64,000 nt of DNA from Negaprion brevirostris (lineage: Eukaryota). The stretch lies in contig JARDVH010000132.1 in NCBI GenBank assembly GCA_030324005.1, positions 94,149,134 through 94,213,133 on the forward strand, written 5' to 3'. The translations under genes and the position numbers were made by a program. Of this stretch, positions 25,836-38,296 are shown piece by piece (within the stretch, counting starts at the first letter, position 1; every line of letters starts with the position of its first letter). The notes under the pieces were generated by a model. That model worked only from the letters and a program-made list of their open reading frames with translations. It had not been told where the DNA came from and ran no database searches.

Positions 25836-26530
25836 AGGGTGCAATTTTCCCAGAATGTTGGATCAAGTGAGAAAAGCTGTGTGAAACTCAGGTGCCTTTC
25901 CTGGCTTGATTTAAAAGCACTTTGTACAATTTCAAAGTGCTGGTGAGGATATCCCAGCCAGCTTGGAGTGCGGTGGGGAGGAAGACGGGTATTCTAAGCT
26001 CAGTGACAAAGCTGAACTTCTAAGATAAAGAGCACCCCGAACTTACATATAAACGCACCTACCCCTCCCCAACCACAATGCCAACGTTGGGACAATGTCT
26101 CCTGCATTCAGCAGAGCTCTTTTTTCCGCACCCCCCCCAACTCCCCCACCATACATAGAGGAGGGTTACTCCAAACATGCCCCCACCCCCCACCAGCCAG
26201 AGACACATCGTACTACCCTCTTCGTGTGCCCCCTTGGCACTGCAGTGGGGCAATGCCCAACCTTGCCTTTCAACTCCCAGCATGGTCATCAGGACTGGCA
26301 TTGAAAACCAGTAGTGACTGATACCCATGTGCTGCTTTACCACCGATGGGGAGGATACTTCGTGGGTGAACACGATAGTGTCAAGCCCGTTAATAATATT
26401 AAAATTTATTTGAATATATGGAAATCAAATTCATGCCCTTGCTGAGCATGCCAGTCTAGCAGAGGTGGGAAAGATCTCAAACAGATCTCACTGGCGCAAA
26501 TCCAATATTTGGCTGTTCATGAGATTTAGA
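25836..26530. mobile_element. Non-autonomous DNA element related to 6925-7470
   Basis: Terminus gggtgcaattttccc; shared cccccttggcactgc-type GC-rich interior. Confidence 0.45.
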
Positions 26531-26569
26531 AAACATTACAGGTTTGCACCTGTGGCTAACGGGGCTGCT

Positions 26570-27380
26570 AAGTGTGGCCATGGAGTTTAGGATGAAGAAG
26601 AAAGTGTGCTTGTGACTGATGTCACAATGGAGAATCAGGCTGAATACAGAACGTTCAGAAGGGAAGTGAAAAAAAGCATGTAACAGAAGCAAAGAGAGAG
26701 TTTGGTAAGAAATTGGCAGCAGACACAAATGGAAACCCCGTCTTTAGACTTATAAATAATAAAAGGGTGAAAAAAGATGAGTAGGGCTGATTAAGGAATT
26801 TACATATGGAGGCAGGGGGCAAAGCTGAGCTATTAAATGAAAACTTACACCTGTTCTCAGCAAGGAACAAAATGCTACACAGGCAATGGTAAAAGAGGAG
26901 GTACTTCATATACTAGATTGACTTAAAATTGCTGAGCTGGTATTGGAAAGGTTGACTATTTAAAAGTTGACTCCTGCACTGTAGGGATTCTATGCAGTCA
27001 CTAGGAGCAGGTGCGATGCATCCAAGGATACTGAGGGGAAGTGAGAGTGGAGATTGCAGAGGCACTGGCCTTAACTTTACATTCTTCCTTAGGCTAGTGG
27101 GTGGTTCCAGTCAGTTTAACTTTGGTCGTGAAAATTCTAGAAATAGTAATTCAAAACAATTAGTAATGTGGACAAATGTGATTTAATTAAGGAAATCTTG
27201 TATGGATTTGTTAAGGGAAAATTGTGTTCAACTAACTTACTGGAGTTTTTGGAAGAAGCATTAGTGGGGTTTGATGAAGGCAAAGGTGGTGTTGTGGTGT
27301 ACAAGGATTTCCAAAAGACGTATGATAGAATTGTGCGCGATAAACTTGAGTGAAGTTATGACATGTAGATTAAAAGGACC
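26570..27380 (+). mobile_element. CR1 ORF2 (RT region) fragment
   Basis: YGFVKGKLCSTNLLEFLEE...VVYKDFQKTYDRIV. Confidence 0.8.
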
Positions 27381-27986
27381 AGTAACAGTATACATGCAGA
27401 GCCAATTCTGTGGTTCTCGATATGCCTCAGTAATAAAGTTTCTTTTGATGCTTTCTCTCAAGACATTTGTTCTAAAAGCCACAGTCCTCTGGAACTAGTG
27501 TTAACCTCATGGTCCTTGTCTGCATTGTGTCTGTCTTAGTTATCAAAACTGCACAGAGTAGAGTTTGATCTAACCAGAGCAGTGTTTATATTTATCATTG
27601 GCATATTGGTTCAGCTTGGGCTTTATCCTATAAAGCCAACGTGTACAGGTTGAACTAAGGTAGACTTATTTGTGTTGAGTACTAATAAATCGAGCAAGGT
27701 ACCAAAACCAAATAATAGCAAATAGCTTAAGTCCACGAGAGTTAATTGTCCCTTTTATAAAAGAACCACTTCCTTGCACAGCATGATATATGACTTGAGT
27801 ATTTGACTGAAAGTCTTCCATTGCCCTTCAGAAAGTATTATTGTGGGCAGATGGTGTAAATTTCTAGTAAAAGTGCACTGCCCAGAGTCAGAAATCATCA
27901 TCCAAAAAAAACACTTTTTTGGCAATTGAAGTTCAACCGTTTCTGAAGTCTGGACTATTTACTCAACCTTGAGTAAAGAAGCAATT

Positions 27987-28340
27987 CTTTTCATTCATTC
28001 GTGGGACATGAGTGTCGCTGGACCAGCATTTATTGCCATCTCCAGCTGCCTGAGGGCAGTTGAGAGTCAACCATGTTGCTGTGGCTTTGGAGCCACATAG
28101 GCCAGACCAGGTAAGAACAGCAGATTTCCTTCCCTAAAAGACATTAGCGAACCAGATGGGTTTTCCTGACAATTGACAGTGGTTTCATAGTCATCGGTAG
28201 ACTTTTAATTCCAGTTATTTTTTATGGAATTCAGATTCCACCATCTGCCATGGCAGGATTCAAACCTGGGTCCCCAGAGTATTATTTGAGTTTCTGGAGT
28301 AATAGTCTAGCAATAATATGACTAGGCCATCACCTCCCCT
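27987..28340 (-). mobile_element. Deu-domain SINE, near full length
   Basis: tRNA-like head (reverse of ggggaggtgatggcctagt...ggtttgaatcc), central domain and CR1-like tail. Confidence 0.75.
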
Positions 28341-28778
28341 AAATATTTGTATACTGTGATGATAGCGCATAACCCAGGTAACCCAACAAAATGCTTTTAT
28401 TCTCTATAATCCAGTTTGCATCAAAGTGAATCACTATCCACACTTAAATTCCTCCATTGCCCCTTAGCTGTATTAGCCCGAGTTTTGTGACACGTTTCTG
28501 TTACCTCGCTGACACACAAACATATTTGCTCCCTCCATGATCTCGCTTGCACACACAGGCTCTCGCCTCTCTTGCATACGCACCTCAATCTCTCTTACGC
28601 AACCTCCAGCTTACATATCTCTCTCCCTAGCTTCCTTCTTTCATGCGCATGCACCCTTCTCTTGCGCGTGTGCCACTATCACTGCCTGCCGCCTCACACC
28701 AATTTTAAATTAGGATAAGGGAATCTGGATTTTATTTTACTTAGTGATTTTTTTTTTAAAAAAAGAAAATCTCTATTT

Positions 28779-29066
28779 GGTTAGCGCTGCTGAGTCCCAG
28801 CACCACGAACCAGGGTTTGTTTCCGACCGTAGGTGGCTGCCTGTAGAGTTTGCACATTCTCCCCATGTTTCTGTGGGCTTTCTCCGAGTGCTTTGGTGGT
28901 CTCACACTGTCCCAAGATGTGCAACTTAGGTGGATTAGCCAGGGTAAATGCCTGGGGTTGCGAGGTTAGGACAGAGGCAGGGGTGCTGGGTGAGTTGTTC
29001 TTTTGGAGAGTTGGAGCAGACTCAGTGGGCCAAATTGCCTCCCTCTGGACTGTAGAGGTTTTATGG
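28779..29066 (+). mobile_element. HE1/V-SINE-type SINE
   Basis: ggttagcgctgctg..gagtttgcacattctcccc..gggccaaattgcctcc..ctgtag. Confidence 0.75.
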
Positions 29067-31327
29067 GTCAGCAGTTCTTTGTCCACAAACCTCTCAAGTA
29101 ATTATCATTGTAGAATGCATCACTGTTTACAAAGCTAGAGGTAGAACTACTTGAACAAATCTCTCCCGTCAGCAATTGCACGTTTGTCCAGCTGACTTAG
29201 TGCAAAATTACATTTGGTTTGTTCATTGTTGCTTAGCAGTGACTGGACATCAATTTTCCCTTTCAAATTCCATTTGTTGTGTGTGGCTGATATTTTTTCA
29301 AATGCTGGTGGTTTAATTTTTTTTGGCAAGTCACTCGAGTACAGTATTTAAGTATAACAAGGCATGTGCAGTTCGTTGCATGTTGCTAGACGCATTCAGC
29401 GTGGTGTCCTACTACCAGATACTTTACTGTCTTTTGGTTTTCACACTCTCGTGAACATACTTATGTTGTCCATTTTCTTATGTGCAAAAACACTTGGCTG
29501 TTTTTTATTTTATCTGGCACTAGCCCACTCACTCGCATATTTTATATGACTCAGTCTTGCAACTGTGTACAAATTTGGTTAATATACGTGGTGCCTCTGC
29601 ATCCAGCATTCTTCTAAATTAGAAGCAGCAGGGATCCCAACATGGAGCATACTGAATTCCAGTCAGGATTTATCATGTTCCTCACCCACTGTCTAATACA
29701 TGTTTTTCCTCTCTCTCTTTTAGTCAATATCTTGCCCATTTCAAATTTTTGAAATCAGTTTTTCCATTTTAAGACCATGCAGCAGGGTTTTTGTGGAAAA
29801 TCTGAAGTTTCCTTTGAAGTCTAGGAACCCCACACTTAAAAAGTTGGTAACGTACTGAAGCTCAGAGTGTGATGCCTACAAATTTCATTCACATTACCAG
29901 AGATTAGCTTTAGTGATAAAAGGGTCTGGTTTTCTTGCCAACAGATTTCAAGCCTGTACCATTCTCCTTCAGAATGATATTTTCCGAAATACACCTGAAT
30001 GTTTGCAAGTGTGAATGTTAATCATTCATGGCAGAATGTGGGCTTCTCTCCAATTCCTTTTGAAGTTAGCACCACAAAGTCGAACTGGAGCCTAGTTGTA
30101 ATGATGTGTGTTGGTGACTTCTGGGGAATTGCACCAACCCTCAGAGACAGACTTCTGCTGTCAGCACTAATCCACTAAGGCCATTGCCTTGCTAAGATCT
30201 CGCTCTTGTAGCGAAGGGCAGGCTGCAGTATGAGAAGTTTAGTGTCTGCTTTATGACCCATATAATAGACATTGAAACTTTAAATGGACAAAATTACAAC
30301 CATTAAAAGTACTCTGATTGCAAGCGTGAATTTATTTTCTAAAGTTCCTAAACTAATTTTCAGTTATTGCTTAACGCAGCAAATTATAAATCTATCTTGC
30401 AGTTTTATTTGGCTCTACTCCCAGAAGTATGTTATGATGATCTGACATTGCAGTAGATGCAAAAGGTAGATTAATGAATTGTATCTTTGATTCTATTACA
30501 GCAAACGTGCTTTTAGTTCAAAAAACAGTACAGTATTTAAGTAGAACAAGACATGTGCAATACCTTTCAGTTCACAGTAACTTTATCACAGTGTTAATAT
30601 AAGTCTTACTTGAGAAATTTAGCTGCACACAACATTTTGTGCTAGGGAGAAACCAAAGTGAACTAAAAGCAGTCTTATTGTGTCCATTGTTGGTCCCTAT
30701 TTTAGGAAGTGCAAGAATTAAATTTTCAGTGGAAGTAAGAAGTGATGGTGGTGATATTTGCCACAATTCTGTGAACTGCTGCAGGTTAGATTCCTTCTGT
30801 TCTGTAGCTGGTAACCTGTTCAATTAAACATGGGTCGTTGGGTTCTTGTCTCTCAGCTGCACCTTCCACACTGCCGAGCCCATAGTTCTTGGTCCTTCTC
30901 TTGCTGAAGGAGTCCCTGCTTGATTCCAATTTTGTTTCCTTAACTTTGAAGGTAAAGTTGCACTCTGCAATAATGAACATTTGTACTAGTGCCATTTAAT
31001 GGTGTAGTATTATGATCTGCTATCTGCTTTCTTTTCCCTTGGGAGTATTTGATATTGTAACTCTACTTAAGAGCACCAGAATCACAAAGTAAATGCTGAA
31101 TGAAGTTTCATGGAAGTACTTCAGCACTAACTTTTGCTTCCTTACTTTGGGAATGCTGCAAATTCAATAATAAACCAAGCTGCTCCATACCTTTGCCCCA
31201 CCATATCTCTATCCCTCTTCAGCTCTGCAATCCTCATTTTGCTTCTCCAATTTTGATATCTTGCATGTCCCACATCATCATCACTGCATCCTTGACAGCT
31301 ATATTAGCAGCTTTGACTGTATACACT

Positions 31328-31607
31328 GGACAGCATGGAGTACAGTTGTTAGCACTGCTGCCTCACAGCGCCAGGGACCCAGGTTTGATTTCCGGCCTGG
31401 ATCACTGTTTGAGTAGAGTTTGCATGTTCTCCCTGTGTCTGCGTGGGTTTCCTCCAGGTTCTCCGGTTTTCTTCCACTTTCTGAAATATGTGCTGGTTAG
31501 ATGCATTGACCCAAACAGGTGCCGGACTGTGGTAACTGGGGGAATTTCACAGTAACTTTATCACAGTGTTAATATAAGTCTTACTTGTGACTAATAAATA
31601 AACTTTT
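31328..31607 (+). mobile_element. V-SINE-type SINE with alternative 3' tail
   Basis: tRNA head plus core; tail ttcacagtaact...ctaataaataaac as in 33935-34217. Confidence 0.8.
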
Positions 31608-32534
31608 CTTTAATTTCCTTCTTAAACTTGCCCCTCTTTAAGGAGCATTAGCTAAATATGAAACTCAACTATATAAAGTTCTCCTTGTAGGCCAAGTTTC
31701 ATATTTTGTTAATGCTCCTATGAAGCACCTTGTAGCATTTTGAGATGTTAAAGGTGCTGTTGAAGTGCACGTCTGAAATGGTGTAATGCACAATTATGGG
31801 GTTATTTTGACCTTTTGAAAGAGACAAAGTTGATAATGTAAATTGCTCATGGAACTCAAGTGCATTATGGTCACTTGGTAGCCTGTGGATTTTTTTAAAG
31901 GAAAATTGTGGCAATCACTAAGCAACCTAATAGTACATCACATGATTCAGACTTTGAAGTGGCACAACTTAGTACAAGGTTAAATTTGAGAAAAGCTTCG
32001 GGTCAAAGCTGCTAACTTGGAAGTCATGTAACACAAGATGAATTTCCACATAATGTTAAATTTCACTTAAGTCACCTCTTCCACCTTTTGTGTCCTAACT
32101 CATTTAGACCACACAGCACAGTATTTCAAGTAGTTTGAAAGGAAGTCACTGTTTCTGACAATTGTGTACTTATATTCACAAATTCTTTGTTTTAGAACCT
32201 AGAAAACAGTGTAATTAGTTTCTGATTTTGCTTAAGTTACCATGTTTTGGAAAAGTTAAAAGGAAATTGTATGTGTATTCCATAATGCATTTTTGGTTAT
32301 GATTTTTTTAATTGGAAAAGTTTAATAGCATAGGGAATATGGTGTATGTTCCTAAGTTGTAGGCGCTGCTCGATGTGTGTCGACAATTGTTCTACATTTA
32401 GATGGAGAAATCCAATTCAGCCAGTTTGATTTGAATTTTTCTTGCATGAGGCAAATTGTTAGCCCGCAGCAAGGTCAGCTAAGCAAGGCAAAAAAGTAAT
32501 TCAAAAGCAAAATACTGTAGTTGCTGGAAATGTG

Positions 32535-32812
32535 TAAGGTTTGGACATGAGCATGGGGGCACAATTGGAAAATTGTTTCCTTGTTGAGGAATTTTAGAAC
32601 CAGGGACTTAGATTCAAGGTAAATGGCAGTAGGCATAGAGGGAACATGAACTTTTTTACATAAAGGGTGGTGTCTGGAATTTGCTGACTGAGTTGGTGGT
32701 AGATTTAAAAAATGCCTGGATCTGCACCTTAAGTGCTCTAAGGGCTATAGACTGGGTGCAGGACGGTGGGATTAGAAAGGGAACTGGCATGGACAGGATG
32801 GTTCTACGGTTC
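32535..32812 (+). mobile_element. CR1 3' end inserted in a Penelope-tail-like repeat
   Basis: CR1 C-terminus and tail; flanks aaaagcaaaatactgtagttgctggaaat and aaacagaaaatgctggaaatactcagcagg join into one repeat. Confidence 0.6.
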
Positions 32813-33124
32813 TAAGGAAAACAGAAAATGCTGGAAATACTCAGCAGGCCTGGCATCATCAATGGAAAGTGGAACTGAGACGATGGTGCTGATTGGTTGT
32901 TGATCAGTCTTGATAGCCAATAGCCCTGAGACTTGGTGGTTCAGTGTTCCTTCTCTGGACTTCTTCAAGGCCTTGATCACCCTAATACAAGGGGACCAAA
33001 AATGAACATGAAATGATCACATACCAAGGTCTTAGCCAGTCAATCTGTCACAAATGCATCTGTCATGACAGTATTGGTGCCAGAAAGGTATTGTATAAAT
33101 TATTGGGTCTCTGGCATCCTTTGG

Positions 33125-33744
33125 TTTCCTTTGACAAGGTACCATATGGTAGGCGATTGCATAAGGTTAAATCTCTCAGGATCCAGGATGAGGTATCTAA
33201 ATGGATACAAAATTGGCTTCTTGACAATGTGGAGATGCCAGCATTGGACTGAGGTAAGCACAATAAGAAGTCTCACAACACCAGGTTAAAGTTCAACAGG
33301 TTTATTTGGTAGCACAAGTTTTTGGAGCACTGTTCCTTCATTAGGTGAGTGGGATTCATGTTCACAAACTTGACAGAAGCCAGAGGGTGGTTGTAGAGGG
33401 TTGTTTTTCAAATTGGAGGCCTGTGATCAGTGCTAGGTCCACTGTTATTTGTCATTTATAATAATGATTTGGATGAGAATATAGGAGGCATAACTAGTAA
33501 GTTTGCAGATGACACCAAGATTGGCATCGTGGACAGTGAAGAACGTTATCTCCCATTGCAACGGGATCTTGATCAATTGGGCCAGTGGGCTGATGAATGT
33601 CCGATGGAGTTTAATTTAGACAAATGTGAGGAGATGCATTTTGGTAGATTGAACCAGGGCAGGACTTACTCAGTTAATGGTAGGGTATTGGGGAGAGTTA
33701 CAGAACAAAGAGATCTAGGGGTACATGTTCATAGCTCCTTGAAA
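33125..33744 (+). mobile_element. CR1 RT fragment
   Basis: FDKVPYGRRLHKV..WIQNWL / LGPLLFVIYNNDLDEN..SKFADDTKIG..LQRDLDQLGQWA. Confidence 0.9.
33227..33368 (-). mobile_element. Penelope terminal fragment nested in CR1
   Basis: Matches 15750-15890; direct repeat cttgaca at 33220-33226 and 33369-33375; hammerhead core decayed. Confidence 0.8.
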
Positions 33745-33844
33745 NNNNNNNNNNNNNNNNNNNNNNNNNNNNNNNNNNNNNNNNNNNNNNNNNNNNNNNN
33801 NNNNNNNNNNNNNNNNNNNNNNNNNNNNNNNNNNNNNNNNNNNN

Positions 33845-34345
33845 TCTTGCGCATTATACCGGCAAAGCATATCGTTCATAGAGTACATAGAGGAGAAGGA
33901 AAGGAGAGGGTATAGACTATAGTGTTACTTTCATAGTGGCACAGTGGTTAGCACTGCTGCCTCACAACACCTAGGATCTGGGTTTGATTCCTGGCTTGGG
34001 TCACTGTCTGCGTGGAATTTGCACATTCTCTTTGTGTCTGTGTGGGTTTCCTCCCACAGTCTGAAGGACACACTGGTTAGGTGCATCAGCCATGCTAAAT
34101 TCTTGCTCAGTGTACCCAAACAGGTGCCAGAGTGTGGCAACGAGAAGAATTTCACAGTAACTTCATTGCAGTATTAATGTAAGCCTACTTGCGGCAAATA
34201 AATAAATGTTAACTTTTAGCTAGGGTGTAGAGAAAGATCAATTTAATGTATGGAAGGTCCATTCTCAAATCTGATGGCAGCAGGGAAGAAGCTGTTCTTG
34301 TGTCAGTTGGTGCATGAACTCAGACTTTTGTACCTTTTTCCCGAC
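33845..34345 (-). mobile_element. Rex1/Babar-type LINE 3' end split by a SINE (33935-34217)
   Basis: Co-linear with 38345-38560 on both sides of the SINE. Confidence 0.75.
33935..34217 (+). mobile_element. V-SINE-type SINE with alternative 3' tail
   Basis: gtggcacagtggttagcactgctgcc head; tail ttcacagtaacttcattgcagtattaatgtaagcctacttg. Confidence 0.8.
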
Positions 34346-35337
34346 ACAAAAGCTTGCGTCCAAGCTGGGGCTCGAGCCTACAATCATCTGACTCAAATAG
34401 CAGTGCTGCCCCATTATCACTGTGCGACCTCTAAGACAATGATTTCATTGAAACTTAACAACAAAGGAAATATCAAGCTCCTCTCAATTAAGCATCTGCC
34501 AAGCTGGTATTCATGCTGGTAACTGCTTCTAATGTCCAGCTTCAAGTCTAAGTGGGGGCACATTGAATTGATAGTAGCCTTGCATATTGTGGATACGTGT
34601 CTAAGGAATGCAACATAGTCAAGACCGGGGAATGGCTGTCCTGGAATGGATCAAAGGAGCTAGGATTTCATTAACGTCTATCTTAAATTCGAAGGACACG
34701 GAAAATGAATACTAATGAAGGAATGCAGAGAAAACCTGACAAAGAACCGGAATCACAGAACTTACTGCAGATAACACTCAGAAAGTAATTGCACAGGCAG
34801 CCTGGCTGGAACTGATTAACGTGTATTTTTTATGAAAAGCAACTTTAAAGGGAAAGCGCTTTCAAAGCCACTCATCTCCATCAATTCCGGGAAGAAAGTA
34901 AAGCATTAATATTTCAATAAGTAGCTTCCTCCAGTTGGAGGCGAGGCAACTAGGAGTCAGTCTGCAGTACATCAGTGTAAATCAGCTTGGGATCAAATGG
35001 TGACAGTGCAAAGACTGGCTGTTAATGAAAGCCCAGGAGAGATCTGAAAGCATTGTGGGGAGAAAGGAAGATGGCCCTTCCAGAATATCTCTTTTATGGC
35101 ATTCAGCAAAGTTTGAATGTTTTCATGGATTGTCACATGTTATAAATTACAGGATACTTCCAACGGCACTTGGGTAGCATTGAAGTTCGCTAAAGCCTTT
35201 TGTTGTGCTTTTTTTTTAAAGCAAATTGAAATTCAGGCTGTGGGGCAGTATGGAACCTCCATAAGCATGTTGTGACCAGTGAGAAACTGGGGTTTTCCTT
35301 TCAGTCATTCATTGGTCCCTCATTGTTGAATAATACA

Positions 35338-35712
35338 GAGGAGGCGATGGCCCAGTGGTATTATCACTAGACCAGAAACTCAGCCAATCTTCTGGGGACC
35401 CGGGTTCAAATCCTGCCACAGTAGATGGTGGAATTTGAATTCAATTTTAAAAATCTGGAGTTAACAATCTACCATAAAACAGTTGTCAGAAAAGCCTATC
35501 TAATGTCATCTAAGCCTATCCAATAATCACTAATGTCATTTAGAGAAGGAAACCTACCATCCTTACCTGATGTGGCCTACACCACAAAGTGGGGTTGACT
35601 GTTAATTGCCCTCTGAAATGGCCCAGCAAACCATTTAGTTGAAGGGTGACTAGGGCTGGACAATAAATAAATGCTAAGCAGCCTGTGCCACCAAGTCTGA
35701 TAAATTAATAAA
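35338..35712 (+). mobile_element. Deu-domain SINE
   Basis: gaggcgatggcccagtggta..gggttcaaatcc B-box; central domain; caataaat tail. Confidence 0.75.
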
Positions 35713-35879
35713 AACAATTGCACTGTTTGTGCAATGAAACATTAGATCCTCTTTCCACAGGTGATGGGAATCATGCATAAGGTATGTCAGAGCCAAAAAG
35801 ATATGGCAGAGAAATTGTTTTAGGTGGTGTCTCTATTGGGAACAGAGTTACAGCAATGTCGGGAATTATCAGCAGAAAT

Positions 35880-36360
35880 GGATAGCATTTCGAGAAAAGA
35901 TTTTGTTTTCCACTCGTCAGGACAATCACAAGAGATACAGTATGAGAAGAAAATGCCACTTGGTTGGCAAGTGGACTCTGATTGTTAGAGACATTGCTAT
36001 GATGAATACACCAGGTGATGGTGGCTGACAGTTAACTGCCAAGCATTGTTTGAAAATTTAAACCAGACACTTGACTCTGATTAGTCGAGACATTGCCCTG
36101 AGGAATAAATTAGTGAACGGTTGTTACTTATTTTGTTTCAATGAAACAGACACAATGTTTGTGCATGTGCTTTCTGTCTGCAAACAATAGGGTTGTGTGT
36201 ATTAATGTATGTAGCTTCCAAAATACACACATAAACACACACCATACTACGAGCCCGACTGACTGTATTACATTGGTTGTCAATATAATTTTTAGCACAT
36301 GGAAGATTATTTAGCAAATGTTAGCCAATTGCAGAATCACATCAAATGTTGGGCATTGTT
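35880..36360 (-). mobile_element. Penelope-like 3' fragment
   Basis: Reverse-complement homolog of ~4050-4500. Confidence 0.7.
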
Positions 36361-36509
36361 TTCTAATGGGTGGGGACTCAAGTTAAAGATTTAAAGTGGA
36401 GTTGGGTGAATTATGTATTTCCCTTGTACAGTTTTTCTAACTAATAAAACAGTTTCTCCTGTGTCACTTTTGCTCTTTTTTAAAATTACTTTAAAGCAAT
36501 GAATTGGAT

Positions 36510-37062
36510 GAAGGGACCGAATATTAGAATCAAATTTGCTGATGATTCAAAGAAAGCCGGAAAAGTAAGCTGTGATGCAGACACAATGCAAAATGATATA
36601 GATAGGTGAAGTGAAACGATTAACAGATAGAGTGTAATGTGGAAAAATGTAAGGTTGCTCACCTAGGCAGGAAGAGTAAATAAGCATAATATTATTGAAA
36701 TGGAGAGAAACTACAAAATGCTGTGATACAGATGGATCCAAGAGTACAGAAGCTTTTTCCCAGGGAGGAAGAGTCAATTACTATGGGGCATAGGTTTAAG
36801 ACGCGAGGGGCAAGATTTAAAGGAGATGTACGAGGTTTTTTACGCAGAGGGTGATGGGTAGCTGAAACCCGTTGCCGGGGGAGGTAGTGGAAGTGGATGC
36901 AGTACTGACTTTTAAGGAGCATCTTGATGAATACATGAATAGGATGGGAATGAAGGGATATGGTCCCCAGAAGGGTAGAGGGTTTTAGTTAAGTCGGGCA
37001 GCATGATTGGTGCAGGCTTGGAGAGCCAAAGGGCCTGTTCCTGTGCTGTAATGTTCTTTGTA
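36510..37062 (+). mobile_element. CR1 fragments (RT KFADD region and 3' tail)
   Basis: aaatttgctgatgat; ggggcataggtttaag..gggcaagattta..gggcctgttcctgtgctgta. Confidence 0.75.
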
Positions 37063-38296
37063 TGACAGCATCAAGCACAAGGAATGGGCCACTGTTTGTG
37101 TGCACGTTTCCCCCTCCAACCCCCTACCATCACCAACCTCTCAATAGCTCCCCCCGCCACCTCCACCCACTGATCAGCTCCACCCCCTTGGCCCTGTGTG
37201 GAGCTGGCATAGTGGCTGCAAGAAACCATGAGGATGCGTGGGGGCAATTTTCACTGTTGGCTTGTGGTTATAAATGGCCATGGGAGTGGTTGGGGGGAAT
37301 GATTTGGCATGGGTTCATGGCGCTGAAGTGGTGCAAAAGTTGCATAAAATGCAAACATATATTTGGGACAGTGTCCCAGAGAACTGAGCACAGGTCTTTT
37401 AACCTGTTGCTATGGCCATTAAACCCTCCCCCTGCCAATTCTTCCTCAGCCAGAGTAACAATGGAGCCGTGTAAAGCATTTGCTACTGAGGACGGTGTGG
37501 CGAGCTGCCAGATTTCCCTGACTCAAACTCTCTGCCTTGGTAGCAAAATCTGGGCCCAAATATTTGTTTTGTAAAATGTGTACTTCAGAGGCCTATGTCA
37601 ATTATTTGTTGATTTCTGAACTAGTGTTGGCAAGCATGTTATAGTTCAGTGATGAACTATGTGGCATATAATTTGTTATTGATCAGTATAAATTACATTG
37701 ACTTGAGAAATCATTTATAATGCTTTTGAAAGGTGTTTTTCAGGATGTCTAAATCAAAGAACATTTAATTACAGACAATATATTACTGTGCATTGACAGA
37801 AACACACTCAAAATGGTGCAAGCCACATGTGCCTTCCAGCGAAGCCCAATCATCTGGAAGATAAACTTCACCCCCACCCCCCTCCCAGCAACCTAATTCT
37901 TAAGAGTTTTTTTTAAACCAACTTTGGAAAAGATGAACTTTAAATAATGCATTATTTTTCTGCTGAAAAGAGATGTTTTTAATCTTTTCGTCCTCACTAA
38001 TCAGGACAAATGCAAGAATGCCAAATTTCAAACGATCACAATTTATTCTTCAGGAAATTAGAATGCTGATTGGTTGGCAGGTCAGCTGTGGGTGAGGCAT
38101 TGCCATAGAAAAAGCAACGAGAAATTATACTCCAGGCCCCCAAGTAATGCAGAAAAGGTGCAAGGCAAATTTTACATTCTGATATTTTTCCTGATGAATG
38201 AAAGCTTCAGCAATGTTCCTTTTATGTTCAAATTGGGATATTCTGCTTTTTTTTTTTGTAATGTGTATAGCCTCAATGAGGCTAGTTTTTGAATTT

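Noticed and set aside
28510-28700. CT/CA-rich quasi-repetitive tract
   Set aside because: Degenerate low-complexity sequence without a consistent unit.
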